Shown here one piece after another: positions 12,891 through 26,275 of a stretch of DNA of 64,000 nucleotides (position 1 is the stretch's first letter; each line of letters begins with the position of its first letter). This stretch comes from Camelus dromedarius (taxonomy: Eukaryota): contig NC_087437.1 of the NCBI RefSeq assembly GCF_036321535.1, positions 37,636,001-37,700,000 on the forward strand. The letters run 5' to 3'. Position numbers and translations under genes: made by a program. The notes beneath the pieces were generated by a model. The model had not been told where the DNA came from, made no database searches, and saw only the letters and a program-made list of their open reading frames with translations.

Positions 12891-12926
12891 GCTGCAGCTG
12901 CCTCAAGGCGCCTCCAGGTGGCGCCC
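12891..12926 (+). promoter_or_regulatory. CTCF binding site (core plus upstream TGCAG motif)
   Basis: GCGCCTCCAGGTGGCGCCC at 12908-12926 matches the CTCF core (CCASYAGRKGGCRS with one variant position). CTGCAG sits at 12892-12897. Local CpG enrichment. Confidence 0.75.
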
Positions 12927-15900
12927 TGATGCCCATTCTCCCAGCACAGCGGCCGACCACTTGCCAGCTGCTGAGGAGAATGAGCTTGGAGCTGCTGGGC
13001 TTAACCCGGCGCGGCTCAGAGGTGGGATGCTGAAGGATTTGGGGAGGCAGCTGCAACAGGGCATCACTCACTGTCCAAGTGTTTCCGTTTCTGAGCGCAA
13101 AAAGAAGAACTTAAGCGGGCGTCAGTTGGAGTTTAAATTGCTTTGTAGTATTTAAAAGCAGCGTGGATCGTGGGCAGCTTGAGCTGGTACGTGCAAGAGA
13201 AACTACTGAATGGAATTGTGCTGGGTAGGAACCCATCTGATTATTCTTTGTGTACCAAACGTTCTGTGTCCTGAATTGTTCCTATGTGTATACACTCATG
13301 TCATCTTCACCTGGATCATGGGGGGCATGGGATCACAGTCTTTCATTTTTCCAATGTGATATAATAAAAGCTTTACAGCACATTGTTTATTGATAAAATA
13401 TGACCTAAGTAATGGTCTAAAGAAAACATGACAGTGGTACCAAAATACTTTTTCTTTTATGTTTCTTTGTTAGAGGACAAAAAAAGAAAAGTAAACCTAA
13501 ACCATATTACCATGCAATTTTACCAGATATGACTTTCAAAAGACAATAGCTAAATATACATGTATATTATATATACATGTATATATATGTTTAGCTACCA
13601 TGGACTGAATATTAAATCACTTTTACCTGTAGATGTAGACAGAAACACACCTGTAATATATGAATGATTTTCACATCTATGTGCCAGAAAGAATGTTGTG
13701 TATCTATGAAAACACTAATGACAGAAAATATGTATCTTGTGTATGTACATTTTGTATGGTCTAATATGCCACGTGAATGTGTGTTGTGTATATGTAGACA
13801 ATAACATGGTTGCAGAATTATTGCACAGCTATGAAAATGCATATGTTAGATATTGGGTAGATTTTTTATACCTTCACACATACTATTTCTATCTAGATAA
13901 CTCAGTATGAAGATTATCTATTGAAAAAAGAAGATTTATTTAAAGAATGTACTTGTTTTACTGTTATATTTTAAATTTGCCAAGTTTCATTCAGTTGTGC
14001 ATTTAGTTTTCTATGCTTTCAAATTCTGAGGAAAGGTTAGTTTTTATACTTTGAACATAAAATATTGGCTGAAGTGATTATATGGAAATAGAATGCTTAG
14101 ATATATAAATACAGGTTACCAGGACTTGAGATAACTATAGCCAGAATCTACAAGAGCTCTGAAAACTTGAGAGTTCTGACTGGGAGTTTATGTTAGAAAC
14201 TAGCCAGAAAATTGGAAGATTCAAAAGTTCAGAATTAAATTAGAAATAACAGAGGCTGAGGTGTTCCACTTGGTGTTATTACTCTAAAACTAATGTTAGA
14301 CTTACTTATAAACTTGCACATATTCTCTTGTAATAGATGTGTAACATGAACCAGTTACTGAATTTTAGTCCTGTCATTGCACACAAGCAAATACAACATA
14401 ATTCAGCGTAAGAAGTATGAATTGAGAGCTAACTATGTAAGGTAATATGCTAAATAAAACCTGAGATGCCAAAAAAGTTTACAAGGAGTCCCTGCCCTCA
14501 AAAAGTTGCCAGTCAGATGACTAGGATGGGCATATTTGTGAATATAAGTATACAGTAAAGTAAGAATCAAAATAATTGCTATTAGAGAGCTACATGCACA
14601 AGGTATATAGCATTTAAATGGAGGGAGAAATCCGACTTAGGGGCTTTAGTAGGGACTGTATATTGGAAGGCACTCCTCTCAAGGGATGGGTGGAAAGAAT
14701 GATTTTGGTGGGTGAAGATGACGATGTCCATTCAGACATTTAGTTTATATCGGGTACTGCTTTCTTCATTGGTCTCAAATGTGAGCAGTAAGAGGTCATA
14801 TTGTACAGGTGGGTGAGGCAATGTTGGAGATGGCCTTGAACCTCAGGCTGGAGATTTTGGATCTCATCATTAGTTCCTGCTCAGTGCCACTAACAATATA
14901 GGCATTCAGCAGTCTTTTAGAAACATTGAGTGCTGTTCATAATAGTGAGAGCCTGTATGAAATTTTACAATAATTTTATAATTTATTTTTGTGTATATAC
15001 CATGTTGGAATGTAAGTTCCAAGACACAAAAGTTTTTCTCAACATTATATCCAAAGAACCTAGAAATTTCTTGAAAAATATTCTACTGTATGAAAGAATG
15101 AATGGTAAAATGAAGGTAAGGTCAGGATTCAATATTATTTACATTTGTATTTCCTAATACTCAGCAATGATTAACATCCTCAAAATTTACCAAGTCTTTG
15201 GAGCTATTGTTCCAGCTGATTCCTTTTATGGCTCAGGCAATGCAAAACAAATTCCCTAGAATAGCCACTATTGATGTTTAATCATACTCTATTTTTAACC
15301 TCTTACATGAATAGTCTTGCCTTAAAGTTTTTAAAAGGATTATTAAGGTAATTATAAGCTGTGCTAATTATTCACGCAGAATTCACCAGTTCATCTTTAT
15401 ATCTCTTCAGTAGAAATATAGTGGATATGTAACACATGTGAAACCAATAAATTTAAGGAAACAGTTGAAAAGTTTGAGGAATGCTTTTGCACCCTATAAT
15501 AAAAATTTGTCTTCTTATATGAACACTTCAAATATTTGGCTGCCTGTAACTTAGTTTAGCCATACTCTCTAGAGCCTCTTTGTAATTCTGGGAGTTCAAA
15601 GCGATCACTTGAGAGATCCTTAGCTGTTTGCTTCCATAGTTTTGTGGGGCAGTGAGGTAGCATGTTCTGGGTCCCAGCCTCTGCATACACAGGTAGTCCT
15701 TTTCTCTGTCCCTGTGTAATGATCTCTTATCTTTTATGAACAGTGATGGGCATATGTGAGGAACAATTTTTGTCATTTGAAAGGATGACACTAAATGAAA
15801 ATAAACAAACATTTTTAAGGAGTTTATACCTGTTATTCCTCAACTAAATTATAAATGAATGTATAGTGTCCTACAAATAAAAGGGCCAAATAAACAATGT

Positions 15901-17749
15901 CATTGAACCAACAGCATTAAAAAAATAAACAACTACCTGGAGTTTCCCCTTTTGTCTAAGACAGACCTATCTTCTGATGACAATTTATATATCTTAATTT
16001 GCTCTTACATGATTCTTCTAAAAAATACAGAAGAGTGGAATTCTTCAGTTTAAAAATATACATTGATGGAATTTATGTGTCAGTTAAAATAAAGATGCAG
16101 GATTTGCTTCACTTTGAGCTAATCTGCGCAGTCAGGCTTTTTTCTCCTCAGTGTCAGTAAGACAAATTTCCACACTGGTCCTGGTCTCCATCCTGCTGGA
16201 CCTGCTGTTAATATTTTATTTTTAGTCCATGTAAGAAGAGGTGGTAAGATATAGTGACCCAAGACTTTCACCTTATTTTAAGCCCAGAGGCATGGTTTGG
16301 CCTGGAGACAGATGGATTAGGGGAAGCATATGTTGTCCAAATAAAGCTGGATATTTAGTTTTAGAGAAATATACTGCAATGTGTACTGCAGGATTTTCCC
16401 CCTAGTGGTTGCCTTAAAGCTGTTTTGTTTTTTGGTTGTTTTTTTTTTTTTTGTAACAATGGAAATAGACTTTTGTTTATATGTGGGAACTAGTTTGATG
16501 ATGATTCTCTAACTTATGTTTTAAAACATTTGTGTCAGGATAGCCCATAATTTTCTTTAATCATCATTTTGAAGGATAAAAATACAATGCCTTGGAAAAT
16601 ATACTGGGGGCTTTTCTTTATTCTTTGGAAGACTAGGCATTCAAAAAACACAAATGCAAAATATACACGAATAGCAGAAATTTTCTAATACAAGATCCCA
16701 TGTTATGCTCCTCTTTCTTAGTATAGTGAAACATTTTCTTCCTCTGGTGTCCTGATGTCACTCTTTTCTGTAGTCAGTGTCACTGAGTCAGTTTAACATG
16801 ATTTTTAGCTTTTCCAACCATACTTTAAACTCCTTAAAGGAAGGAAGCAAATTCCATGCTTCCTTTAAATCTGTTTCATACTGCCAGCCACAAACAGCAC
16901 TGGAGTGTGTTTATTGACAATTAAATAAATAATAAATTCTTTTTCCCCCACACAATTTCAATTAAGTGGTTATAGTCAAATAGCAGTGACTTCTAAGGGG
17001 CAAAATGGAAATCTTTCTAGAAACTCTGCATTTTGGGAAGTCATATCTGATATATCACTGCAGAAAAAGAAAGTTCCTTCTCCTCCAGTCAACTGTTTGA
17101 GACATCTTTTTTAAAAATAATATTTGGAATATAGATATATCAATAAAGGTATAAAACTTTACTCTGTAAAGCTATTTACATCTGGACTAGATACCTGTCG
17201 GCATACCTGCGTCTCTGGGGTGTTGTGTAACTGCAGGTAGAGTATTCCAAAGTTAGAACTGCTAACAGTTAGGGTAAATCAGAGGAGTTCCTAACAGCAA
17301 GAATTAACCTTAAGGAACCTTACAGGCCTTGACATCCTTTAGAGCCGTTACTGGGGGAAAAATCATGCATTTTTTATAATAAGTGTATTTATTAGCATAC
17401 AGCAACCTGCCAGCAAGATGTACACAAATGAGAGTTAGTAGCAGCAAACTTCTATGTTAGCAAGTGCTAGAGGAAAATAATCTGTGGCTGTATTGTTAAC
17501 AGGAGTGAAGAACTTCTCTTGTATCTTGGGACCAAAGGCTAACAGAAGAGCTTTTGGTTACTAAGATGTATTCTTTTCTGGTCTCAGGCTCATTAACGAT
17601 GGAAGTACGAGGGAGAGGGTATAAAGCAGCAGCTGCAGCTGTGAGCACTCTGATCATTTGTCACCTGGCATGAAGTTAGTGTTGGCAGCTCCGGAGTTCC
17701 AGCACAGAACACCAGGGAGCAAATGCCAACTGATTGTTGTTCCTCACCA

Positions 17750-18015
17750 GCTTGCTGGCTAACTCCAACTCATTCTTTAGATCTCTGCTGAAGTCTTCCT
17801 TCCTCCAGGTAGCTTTGCCTGACCTCTCTAAAATACACTTAGCACCTTTCTCTCTGCTATTATGGCCTCATATCCTCATCCTTGCCATCACACTTAATGC
17901 CTGAAGACTTGCTTGCCCTTCTCACTAGGCTAAAGGCACGAGCTGAGTCTTGTCCAATATTGCTCATTGTCTGTGTCTGGCTTACAATATGTTAGTGAAC
18001 ATTTATGAATACTGT
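17750..18015 (+). mobile_element. L2 3' remnant (degraded)
   Basis: aactccaactcattctttagatctctgctgaagtcttccttcctccaggtagctttgcctgacc ... tgtctggcttacaatatgttagtgaacatttatgaat. Confidence 0.55.
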
Positions 18016-19257
18016 CTGTTGCATGATGGTATAATGACTATATATGGGCTTTGATGTCAGTAAAAGTTGCTTTTGACTTTTAGTGTCACATAGAAGGAGA
18101 GAAGTAAATAAATTCTAGTTTGTGTCCTCATGTACTATCTGGCGCAGTACTATACCTGCCTCTTAAAGATAGTTGTTAAGGTTAAAAATAATATGTATTA
18201 TTATTATTATGCTATGATAATTTTCTCTTGGGCTTTCTAAATATTAATTGAGTTAATCCTCAAACAAAAAGGCTTATCAAGTTGGTGCTATTATTGTGCT
18301 ATTTTATATAAGAAATAGAGGCAGAGAAAGATTAAATTACTTGAACAAGGTTACAGAAAGAAGAATAATGAAAGCAAAAGACCAAGAACAGTGCCCAGGA
18401 GAGAGTAGACTTGTATCAATAATGGGATGAGGTACTGCCATTTTATTTTAAGAAGGCTGATTCCCATGTAACCGAAAAATTACCCCACACAGTTAAGAAC
18501 AGTTTGTTCCCTGATTTCAGAGCCTTCTGTTGCAGATATTTTATCTGTAGGATTCCCATGGAAGCCAAATATGGTCAGAGAAAAACTAATGTGTGTGATC
18601 CAAGGAGATCTGTATCTTTTATTGAGTGTTTTACAGTGTTGGGTAGAACAGAAACTAAAGAAACCCTTATAAGAAATGTATTCTTTTATGGATCTCAGGA
18701 TGAAAAGAAGCAAATGATAACATGGTCCACCTGCAGCATTCTTTATTTGTTCTGTTTTATTTATAAATATTTTCTTTATAAATTTTATTTTAATAATATT
18801 TACTTTTTCTCTCTGTAAAACATGCACATAATTTTTAGAAAACATGTAAAATACAGAAAATCTACAAAGAAGAAAACAAAAGTAATATATAATTACTCAA
18901 CCAAAAGATAACTACTATTACTACTTTGGCATATTTTCTTTCTATCTTTTAACAAAATTTCAAGTACATATATTCATATACACACATGCATTTGTACACA
19001 CATTTTAATATCAAATCATGTAATAAATACAATTCACATCCTATTTTGTGCCTACTAACTTTGTCAGCAGTTCTTTAAAAATTTTAATTTTTAGTGCCTA
19101 CATATTATTACACTCTGTGACTGGCCTCATTTTATTTAATAATTTTGCCTTTGTTTAATATTCTCCTAATTTTGGAAATTCTCCTATTATTTCCAATTTT
19201 AGCCTACTTAAACAGGCTTGATACGGTGCTTTACATAACAGATGTACCTCCTAAATT

Positions 19258-19520
19258 ATCATATTAAGATGACTAATTAACATCTAATAATAAGTTTGTT
19301 AAAGGTGAGAATACATTTCTACTCAGAAGTTAACAGGCCAAAAGAAGTGTTTTAAAATGGGCTCATGCTTAAGGACATAATGAGAAAAAATTAAAATTAC
19401 AGATGTAAATGGCTTAATATTTCTTTAGTGACCATGATATCCTATGACCTATAAAGGTCAGCATTATAATCACCATTTTACTGTGATTAACTTGGGCTCA
19501 AAGAGGTCGAATGACAAGAT
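19258..19520 (+). repeat. Local direct duplication, copy 1
   Basis: Aligns by eye to 20281-20537, including the identical block actcagaagttaacaggccaaaagaagtgttttaaaatgggctcatgct. Confidence 0.95.
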
Positions 19521-19829
19521 CAGGCTGCTTTAGTGGCACTGCCAGGATTCATATATGGTCTCATTTCTGAGTCCTTCGTCTTCTTCATCTTACCAGGCAG
19601 TCTACATAGCATACTGATAGTACTCACAGCTCCACATGATACTTAACTTCTTTGAGCCTCAGTTTCCTTTTGTGTTAAATAGAAACAGTAATTCTTACCA
19701 CACAGGGTTTTTGTAATAGTTTGAAAATTATATGGAGACTGAGATCTTAAGGAATGTATCCCAGGGCTCAATGTTAGTAGCATTGAGGCCAATACATATG
19801 TCATAAAGTACTCTGTCACACTGAGACAG

Positions 19830-19980
19830 CTTCAGAATCCCCTGGGAGTTGAGGGACTGGCAAAAGGCTTGTTAACAATCCACATTCCCAGACGTGAATC
19901 TAGGAGATTCACATTCAGAGTCTGAGGTGGGTCACTGTCTTTGTTTTTAACAAGTTCTCCTGGTGATTTTGATGACATTA
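19830..19980. mobile_element. MER5-like hAT-Charlie DNA transposon remnant
   Basis: tcagaatcccctgggag...cttgttaa...gtctgaggtggg...tttttaacaagttctcctggtgattttgatg. Confidence 0.6.
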
Positions 19981-20280
19981 TATTAAATGGCAAGTGGAGA
20001 TATAGGCAACTAGACAAATGAAGCTGAAGGGAGGATGAAAAGTTTAAGATGAGACAGAAATTTGGCAGTTGTTGGATATTAGTTGAAAGTAGACTGAGCC
20101 TACTCCCACCCCCAGGGGAGAGCACAGCCGGCTTAGAAACTGTCAGGATGTAAAAACAACTCAGGGCTTGAAGGCTTCATTTTCCTAGGTCATTTGAAAT
20201 ACAGAACACATTAAAGGAACCTGAAATCAAAAACAAAAATAATACTAAATTTGACTAAACACAAGTGGCAGACAGTAATA

Positions 20281-20537
20281 ATCATATTAAGATGACTAAG
20301 TAACAGTTAATAGTAAGTTTGTTAAAAGATGAGACTGCATTTCCACTCAGAAGTTAACAGGCCAAAAGAAGTGTTTTAAAATGGGCTCATGCTAAAGGAA
20401 ATAATGAGGAAAAAATATAAAATTGCAGATGAAAATGGATAAATATTTCTTAAGTGACCATGATATGCTATGACCTATAAAGGTCAACGTTATAATCACC
20501 ATTTTACTGTGATTAACTGGCGGTCGAATGACAAGAT
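20281..20537 (+). repeat. Local direct duplication, copy 2
   Basis: atcatattaagatgactaa ... ggtcgaatgacaagat, offset 1023 bp from copy 1. Confidence 0.95.
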
Positions 20538-22235
20538 ACCTACTGAGCTCAGTAGGATGTGCGTTAAAGTAGGTTGATTTTGAAAGTAAATGCACTGGAT
20601 CCTTGGTCCCTGTTTATCTTAGTCACAAGTACATTGCCTAAACTAAGAAATCTGATTTGAATTTTTTTATTTGACATTTTTTTAAGTGCAATATTTTAGG
20701 ATTAGATCCCACCTTCTCTCCATTTCTATTGGATTTTTCCAGCCTTTCATACTGGATAACAAGTAGATAAAATTGATTTTGCCCACTACAGGAGGAGCTC
20801 CTGGAGGACAAGATTCCTGCTTTAGTCAGTGACGGTTCCCAACAAACAGTTCTTGAGTGAATTACTTTTTAACTCATATTTTCATTATTTTTAGTACTAG
20901 ACAGAAGCATTTGGTAACTTTTAAAAAGTTCTTTATGGGGAAACATCTACTACTAATTCTTTAGAATGATACCAGAAGTTTTAGAACATTTGTGTTTTTT
21001 TGTATTGTGGGTACCAGATGTTACTTTCTGAAGAGTGCACTGAATGAAACATTTCTTATATCTAACACCAGTGTTCTCTAAAACTGTTTTTTTTTTCCAG
21101 AATTAGTAAATTGCCTGACATTAATTTCTTTAAAATTATTATTGAAGGTATTAAAGTCCTTGTTGTACCTTCTGCTACAGAAAAAATTTTCAGTTGTGCC
21201 AACTAATTTTATGGATCTGTTGCTGAATAGTAAACTTAATGGCGGCTATATGATAGGAAGTGGCATTTCTAGTTTACTAATAGACTTTTTCTGGTTAAAT
21301 ATAACCTATAAGTTCCTTATAGTTATTTTTTTGAATTGGCCTTAATATATAATCTTAAAATCTTAGAGGACGAAAGAAGATCATGAGAAGTGATTTTCAG
21401 GCTGAGATGAGAATTTCTACAATATCAAAAAGCATTTTCAAAGAAGTTATGCCATATCTTCCCTTGCTAATCCATTGCCACACGTAGTTACCTGCATTGT
21501 GAAATTTGTAGTTAAACCGTTTCTGAAATCTCTCTTGCTGCTATATAAGCCCATGCCTTCTTGTTTGATCTTATTAAAGACTGAGAAAATATAGTCACCA
21601 TTCTTTTAGTACATTTCTTTTGGACATTAGAAGGTTATTGTCAAAATCTTCCTTGGTGAGTATTGCTGACAAATCACCTATGTAGCTATGATCTTCTGAC
21701 TGTTTCCTTCTGCAGAGGGTCTGGAGGAGGGTGCTGCATGCTTCACATTCAGGTAGCTACAAGAGGGGCTTTTCCAGGCCTCCTTGTCTTCTTATTTCTA
21801 CTTTTAAAATTGTTTTCCCAGGTTTTGGTTTTATCTAAACTCTTTTCCAGCTGTCACTTCTTGACCTTCTCTGCTTGCCTTCTCACTTTCTGCTCTTGAC
21901 CACCCATACTCAGAAACAAAAGAAAAATGGCAGCTGAATCCTAAAAAAATCACTTTACAGTATGATTTCATATATTCATGATTTTGTTTGTAAATTTCAG
22001 GGACACCTATCATCATTGCCCTTTAGGCATATACTATTCATATGCATAGCATTGTGCCAAACATTAAGTGATAGGTTTATAAATAATGCAAAAGATTAAA
22101 CCTTGTCCTTGAGATATATGACAGTAACAATAACATTACCACCCACTTGTTGTCCTGATAACAATCCTGATGGTAGGTAATATAAATACACTTGAAAAAA
22201 AAATTTAAAAACCCAGAATTGTCTGACTAAATGAT

Positions 22236-22728
22236 TGTCAGGGCAGAAAAAATTTTCTTCTTCCCCTCTAGGTTTTTTTGGCTGGTCTAATAAGTTTAAT
22301 TATTTAAAGACATAAAACAGGTTAACAGGAGAAAAAAATTATTTTTGTACATATGGGAGTCTCATAATAGTATGAGAACCAAAGGCAGTCAGGCAGTTGA
22401 GGCTTATATGCCATCCTGACCTAAGGGAAGGGATAGGGACCTGGGGCTTCAAAATGGAAGGAGAACAATTCACAGGAAGATGAGGAGTAGCTATTTAGTA
22501 ATCAGACGTTTGCCCTGCCGTGCAGATAAGTCTTCCCGTTAAAAAAAAAAAAGTTATCTCTGGTAATAGCTCTCATCTGGGCTGGGCCCCCTGTCTAAAC
22601 TTTTTTTAGGCAGTTAAGGGAGAGGTAAAAGTTTTTCCTGAGTCTGGGGTTTCATGATTGCCTTCAGCTCAAAATACGCTGTCTGCTAAAGTGGCACATT
22701 TTAGGGTGGCCTATTCTGTTCCCCATCA
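22236..22728 (-). mobile_element. ERV1-class solo LTR (MER41/MER34-like group)
   Basis: TG...CA ends, near-match 4-bp TSD (tgat/tggt). The minus strand begins tgatggggaacagaataggccaccctaaaatgtgccac, typical of this LTR group. Confidence 0.7.
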
Positions 22729-25249
22729 TGGTCATGTTACCCATTTCACCTGCTTCCTGAGTAACATTTTTTTTTGTCAAAATAAAGACCTTTTCTATCT
22801 TTTAGCTCAGAAATTTAACCTGCTCTCTCTTTTCCTTTAATATGTCATCTTCAGCATTATCACCATAGTTTTATACTACCTAGTTCTAATCACCAAAATG
22901 TCCATGGTTTTTTCTCATTCTGCTCATTTTGTAGGATTCTTTCTACTCTGGTGTGTTTATGGATTTTTCACTTTGGTAAGGCTTTTACGGTCTTATTGAC
23001 TGACAGGTTCTACACAGAATCTTCTAGCCAATGTCAAATGGTGCTTATTATGCGGATATCTCAAATACAGGAAATTAGATTCACTATAGACTGGCTTTGT
23101 CAAATTTATACCCATTAAAATTGGATATAATTCATTGCAATAAATTATTCTGATCTGTGTTTATGATCTTGTAAGTCAATTTCAGAGACACTTTTCATAT
23201 CTACTATTCTGTTTTTTAGAATACTTTTTTTTTCAGCTCTGCAGATATATTTAAAAAATTTTTTTTCACTGTTCCATGTTGGAATTTTTCTGGAAAATAA
23301 AAGTGGAGAGTCATCGTAGCCTTTGTCAGTATTGCAAGATTGGACAAATTACAAATGGCCAAAGAGATAATGTATTGAGTTTGTGAGATACGGAAAACTT
23401 CATCAGTAAGAAAAGGATACTGTTTATCTGATTTGATGGTCCACATCACATTGAGAAGAGTAAGAAAAATCTAGGATTGTGTAATTATTATAATTATTTG
23501 TGTAATTAAATATCAGAAAATTATGCTTTATAGATTACTTTGCTATACTTTTAACTTTTATTTACCTCTGACCAGCAAACTGCAAAGCTTTAGAAATTGC
23601 TATAATTTTGCCTAAAACTCTACTTAAATGGGTCAGTTACTGATTTGGGTTTTATTACAAAAGTATTGCTGAGCAGGAAATTTCTTGGATGGCAGGTAGA
23701 GAATGATTAAGTGTTCCAAAATTATTGTTTGCAAAGGTTTCTTAAGATGTGATAACAAATTAAATTATATCAAAGCTAATTTACTACAAAGGAGATTAAT
23801 AGGAATAAAAGAATTCATCCAGTAAAACTCCAAACAGTATGCTTTCTTTAAAAAACTGCAGTGATGATACAGATGTCTTAATTGACATCTGGGGCTTCAT
23901 TTTGATAGGGTAGTCTATTTACTTACCACCCAAAATGCCAGCAATATGTTCATGAAGACTCATTTTCAGGTATTAAGTCTGAATAGAAAACATCAAATTA
24001 TATTGCATAAAGGCAAGAATAAGGCCTGGGAAATAGAAGAAAGAGCTTATCCCCAACCTCATTTTAATTTTCTTATTTTGCTTTTGTTTGTATACAACAC
24101 ACTCCCTTGTCTTCTCTGCTTTCCTGTTCCATCCCACACCTGGAACAGTTTGGAGTAAAGAGATCCTGTGAAGAACACCAGTAAGACTAGAACACTGTGA
24201 AAATAAGATAGTGGTGGTGGGTTAGGAAAAAGGTTTACTTGCATTCCAAAATATATGCATCTGCACCTGCAAGAAGACTTTTGCCATCACAGTCAACTCT
24301 TTATTATTTAAAGAACTCTCTTTTGCAGAGATTTGGCTGTAACCCCAGACTTACTTCTCTGGAGCATCTAACTGTTCTTGGCTGCCAGCAGTATGGTCTC
24401 CTTAGGAAGGATTCAGCTTCAACATGGAGGAGGAGACTGTTTGAGTACGTGTGTGACAGTACAAATGAATACAAATTCTAAAGGCAAATATAAGGTTTGG
24501 GTGTGCTGTTTTGTGCTCCCCAGAACATGCCATTTTTTCTACCTTTTTAAAGGAGATTTTGAGATTTGTGTACATTTAATGGATTTCAGTGCAGTGCATA
24601 CTCAAATATATTTCATGAGGCTTCCCTTAGCCATTTAAGATTTAATCATCTGTATGTCTATTCATTTCACTCTTGTTGAATCCATTAGATAGTCAAATAT
24701 TTGTTTTCCTTTCAGTGCTACCTTCAAAGGACCATTACATTTTTAACGTTCCTTGCTGAAGTTTTAATACTTCACAAAAAGAAAATGTACAAACACAATG
24801 ATTCTCTCAATTCTCCAGTGGGAGAATATAACATGTGCTGACATTTTTTGATTCATGATGTTTGAAAGTATTTATTTGTAAAATCTGAATATTTAAAAAA
24901 CACGACAAAGCAAAACATAAATAGTTGTTACTGTGTTTCTTTTGACTACCAAATATATAAAACAGCTATAATCACTATGGTAGGAAAGAGACCATTTTAC
25001 ATTTCCTATTCTTGATATATTCTCTCTAGGAAGGTCTAAGCTCCATCAGAAACAACATAAGAGATGTTCGTATAAAGATAATAATACAGTGGAACATATT
25101 TAATGTGAACATTGCTGTCCCTTTCATCCTTAAGTAAAAAATATTGGAGCTTTGGAATCTCAGTATTTAAAAGGACATTAAAAGTATTACAATCTAGCTT
25201 CCAAGGGGAGGAGGTAGTAGTATGGGATGAAACTGTTGAGAGAACTTGG

Positions 25250-26070
25250 GACCAGATTGTTTAGCACCTTTGACATCAATTCAGAGTTTGAACTTTCATT
25301 CAGTGGACGCCAGAGGCTTACCTGTGTTTTCTGCATAGGATAATAGGACTGTTGCTTTTGTGTTAGAAAGATAATCCTGGCAACAATGTGAAGGATGAAT
25401 TGGAAAAAAGAATACTGTTGGGAGAAAATGTGAGACTGAGCTAAGTCAGTGGCAGCAGTGATGGAAAGCAGGGGGAAGACTTAGAAAGGCATTTTGGAAG
25501 TAGCTTAATAGGCAAGGGAAAGTGAGGAGTTAAGGATGACTCTGAGATTCTAGCTCATGTGATTGGGTAGCTAATGATACCATTAATCACAATAGGGAAT
25601 AGCAACTAAGCTTTTTCAGAGAAGAATTCAGATTTTAAGGGGAAAATGGGATAATGGAGTGGAGATAATGAGTTTGAAGTTGGTCATGTTGAGTTTGTTA
25701 CCTGTTGGATATACATGTAAAGCAGTGTTTCTTAACTTTGGCACTACTGACTTTTTGGCTGGATATTTATTGTGGGAGGCTGCCTTTTGCATTGTGGGGT
25801 ATTTAGCCATTTCCCTGGCCTCTTTACAACAGATACAAACAACACCCTTCTCAGTTGTGCCAACCAACAATGCCTCCAGACTTTTCCAGGTGTTCTCTGA
25901 GTCAAGGACAGATTTACCCCCAGTTGAGAACTGCTGATACACAGACAAGGAGGTTGCTAGAATTGTGTGACTAAATTTAGGATACAGATAAAACTTGAAA
26001 TCAATATTTAGAATCATTAATAGCAGCAATTTAAGCAATGTGAGTAGATGAGACTGTGCAGGGAAGAATG
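25250..26070 (-). mobile_element. L2 remnant interrupted by MER20
   Basis: gaaagataatcctggcaacaatgtgaaggatgaattgga, aaggatgactctgagattctagc, gagtttgaagttggtcatgttgagtttg. Confidence 0.6.
25723..25936 (-). mobile_element. MER20 DNA transposon (hAT-Charlie)
   Basis: Inverted termini cagtgtttcttaac...gttgagaactgctg, ~215 bp, MER20-like interior. Confidence 0.8.
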
Positions 26071-26275
26071 TAGATGATTATATAGTTATCTATTTTTTGC
26101 TTGAACAGCTCCGGAGACTGAAAATTCATAAACTCATAGATTGAGGCAGCCCATTCTATTTCTGGGTACTTTCAAACAATGATATTGTTATCATTGTCAT
26201 ATGTTGTTACATTTTGAGCCATATTCCTTGTGTTGAGCCAAAATTAATCTTTTCATAACTATCATTCTTTAGTTC

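Noticed and set aside
12889..13155. 88-aa ORF in the CpG cluster
   Set aside because: Non-ATG start and no recognisable protein. The GC richness is better explained by the CTCF element.
18480..18845. Antiparallel 121-aa and 104-aa ORFs
   Set aside because: No recognisable homology, and they run into AT-rich, old L1-like sequence.
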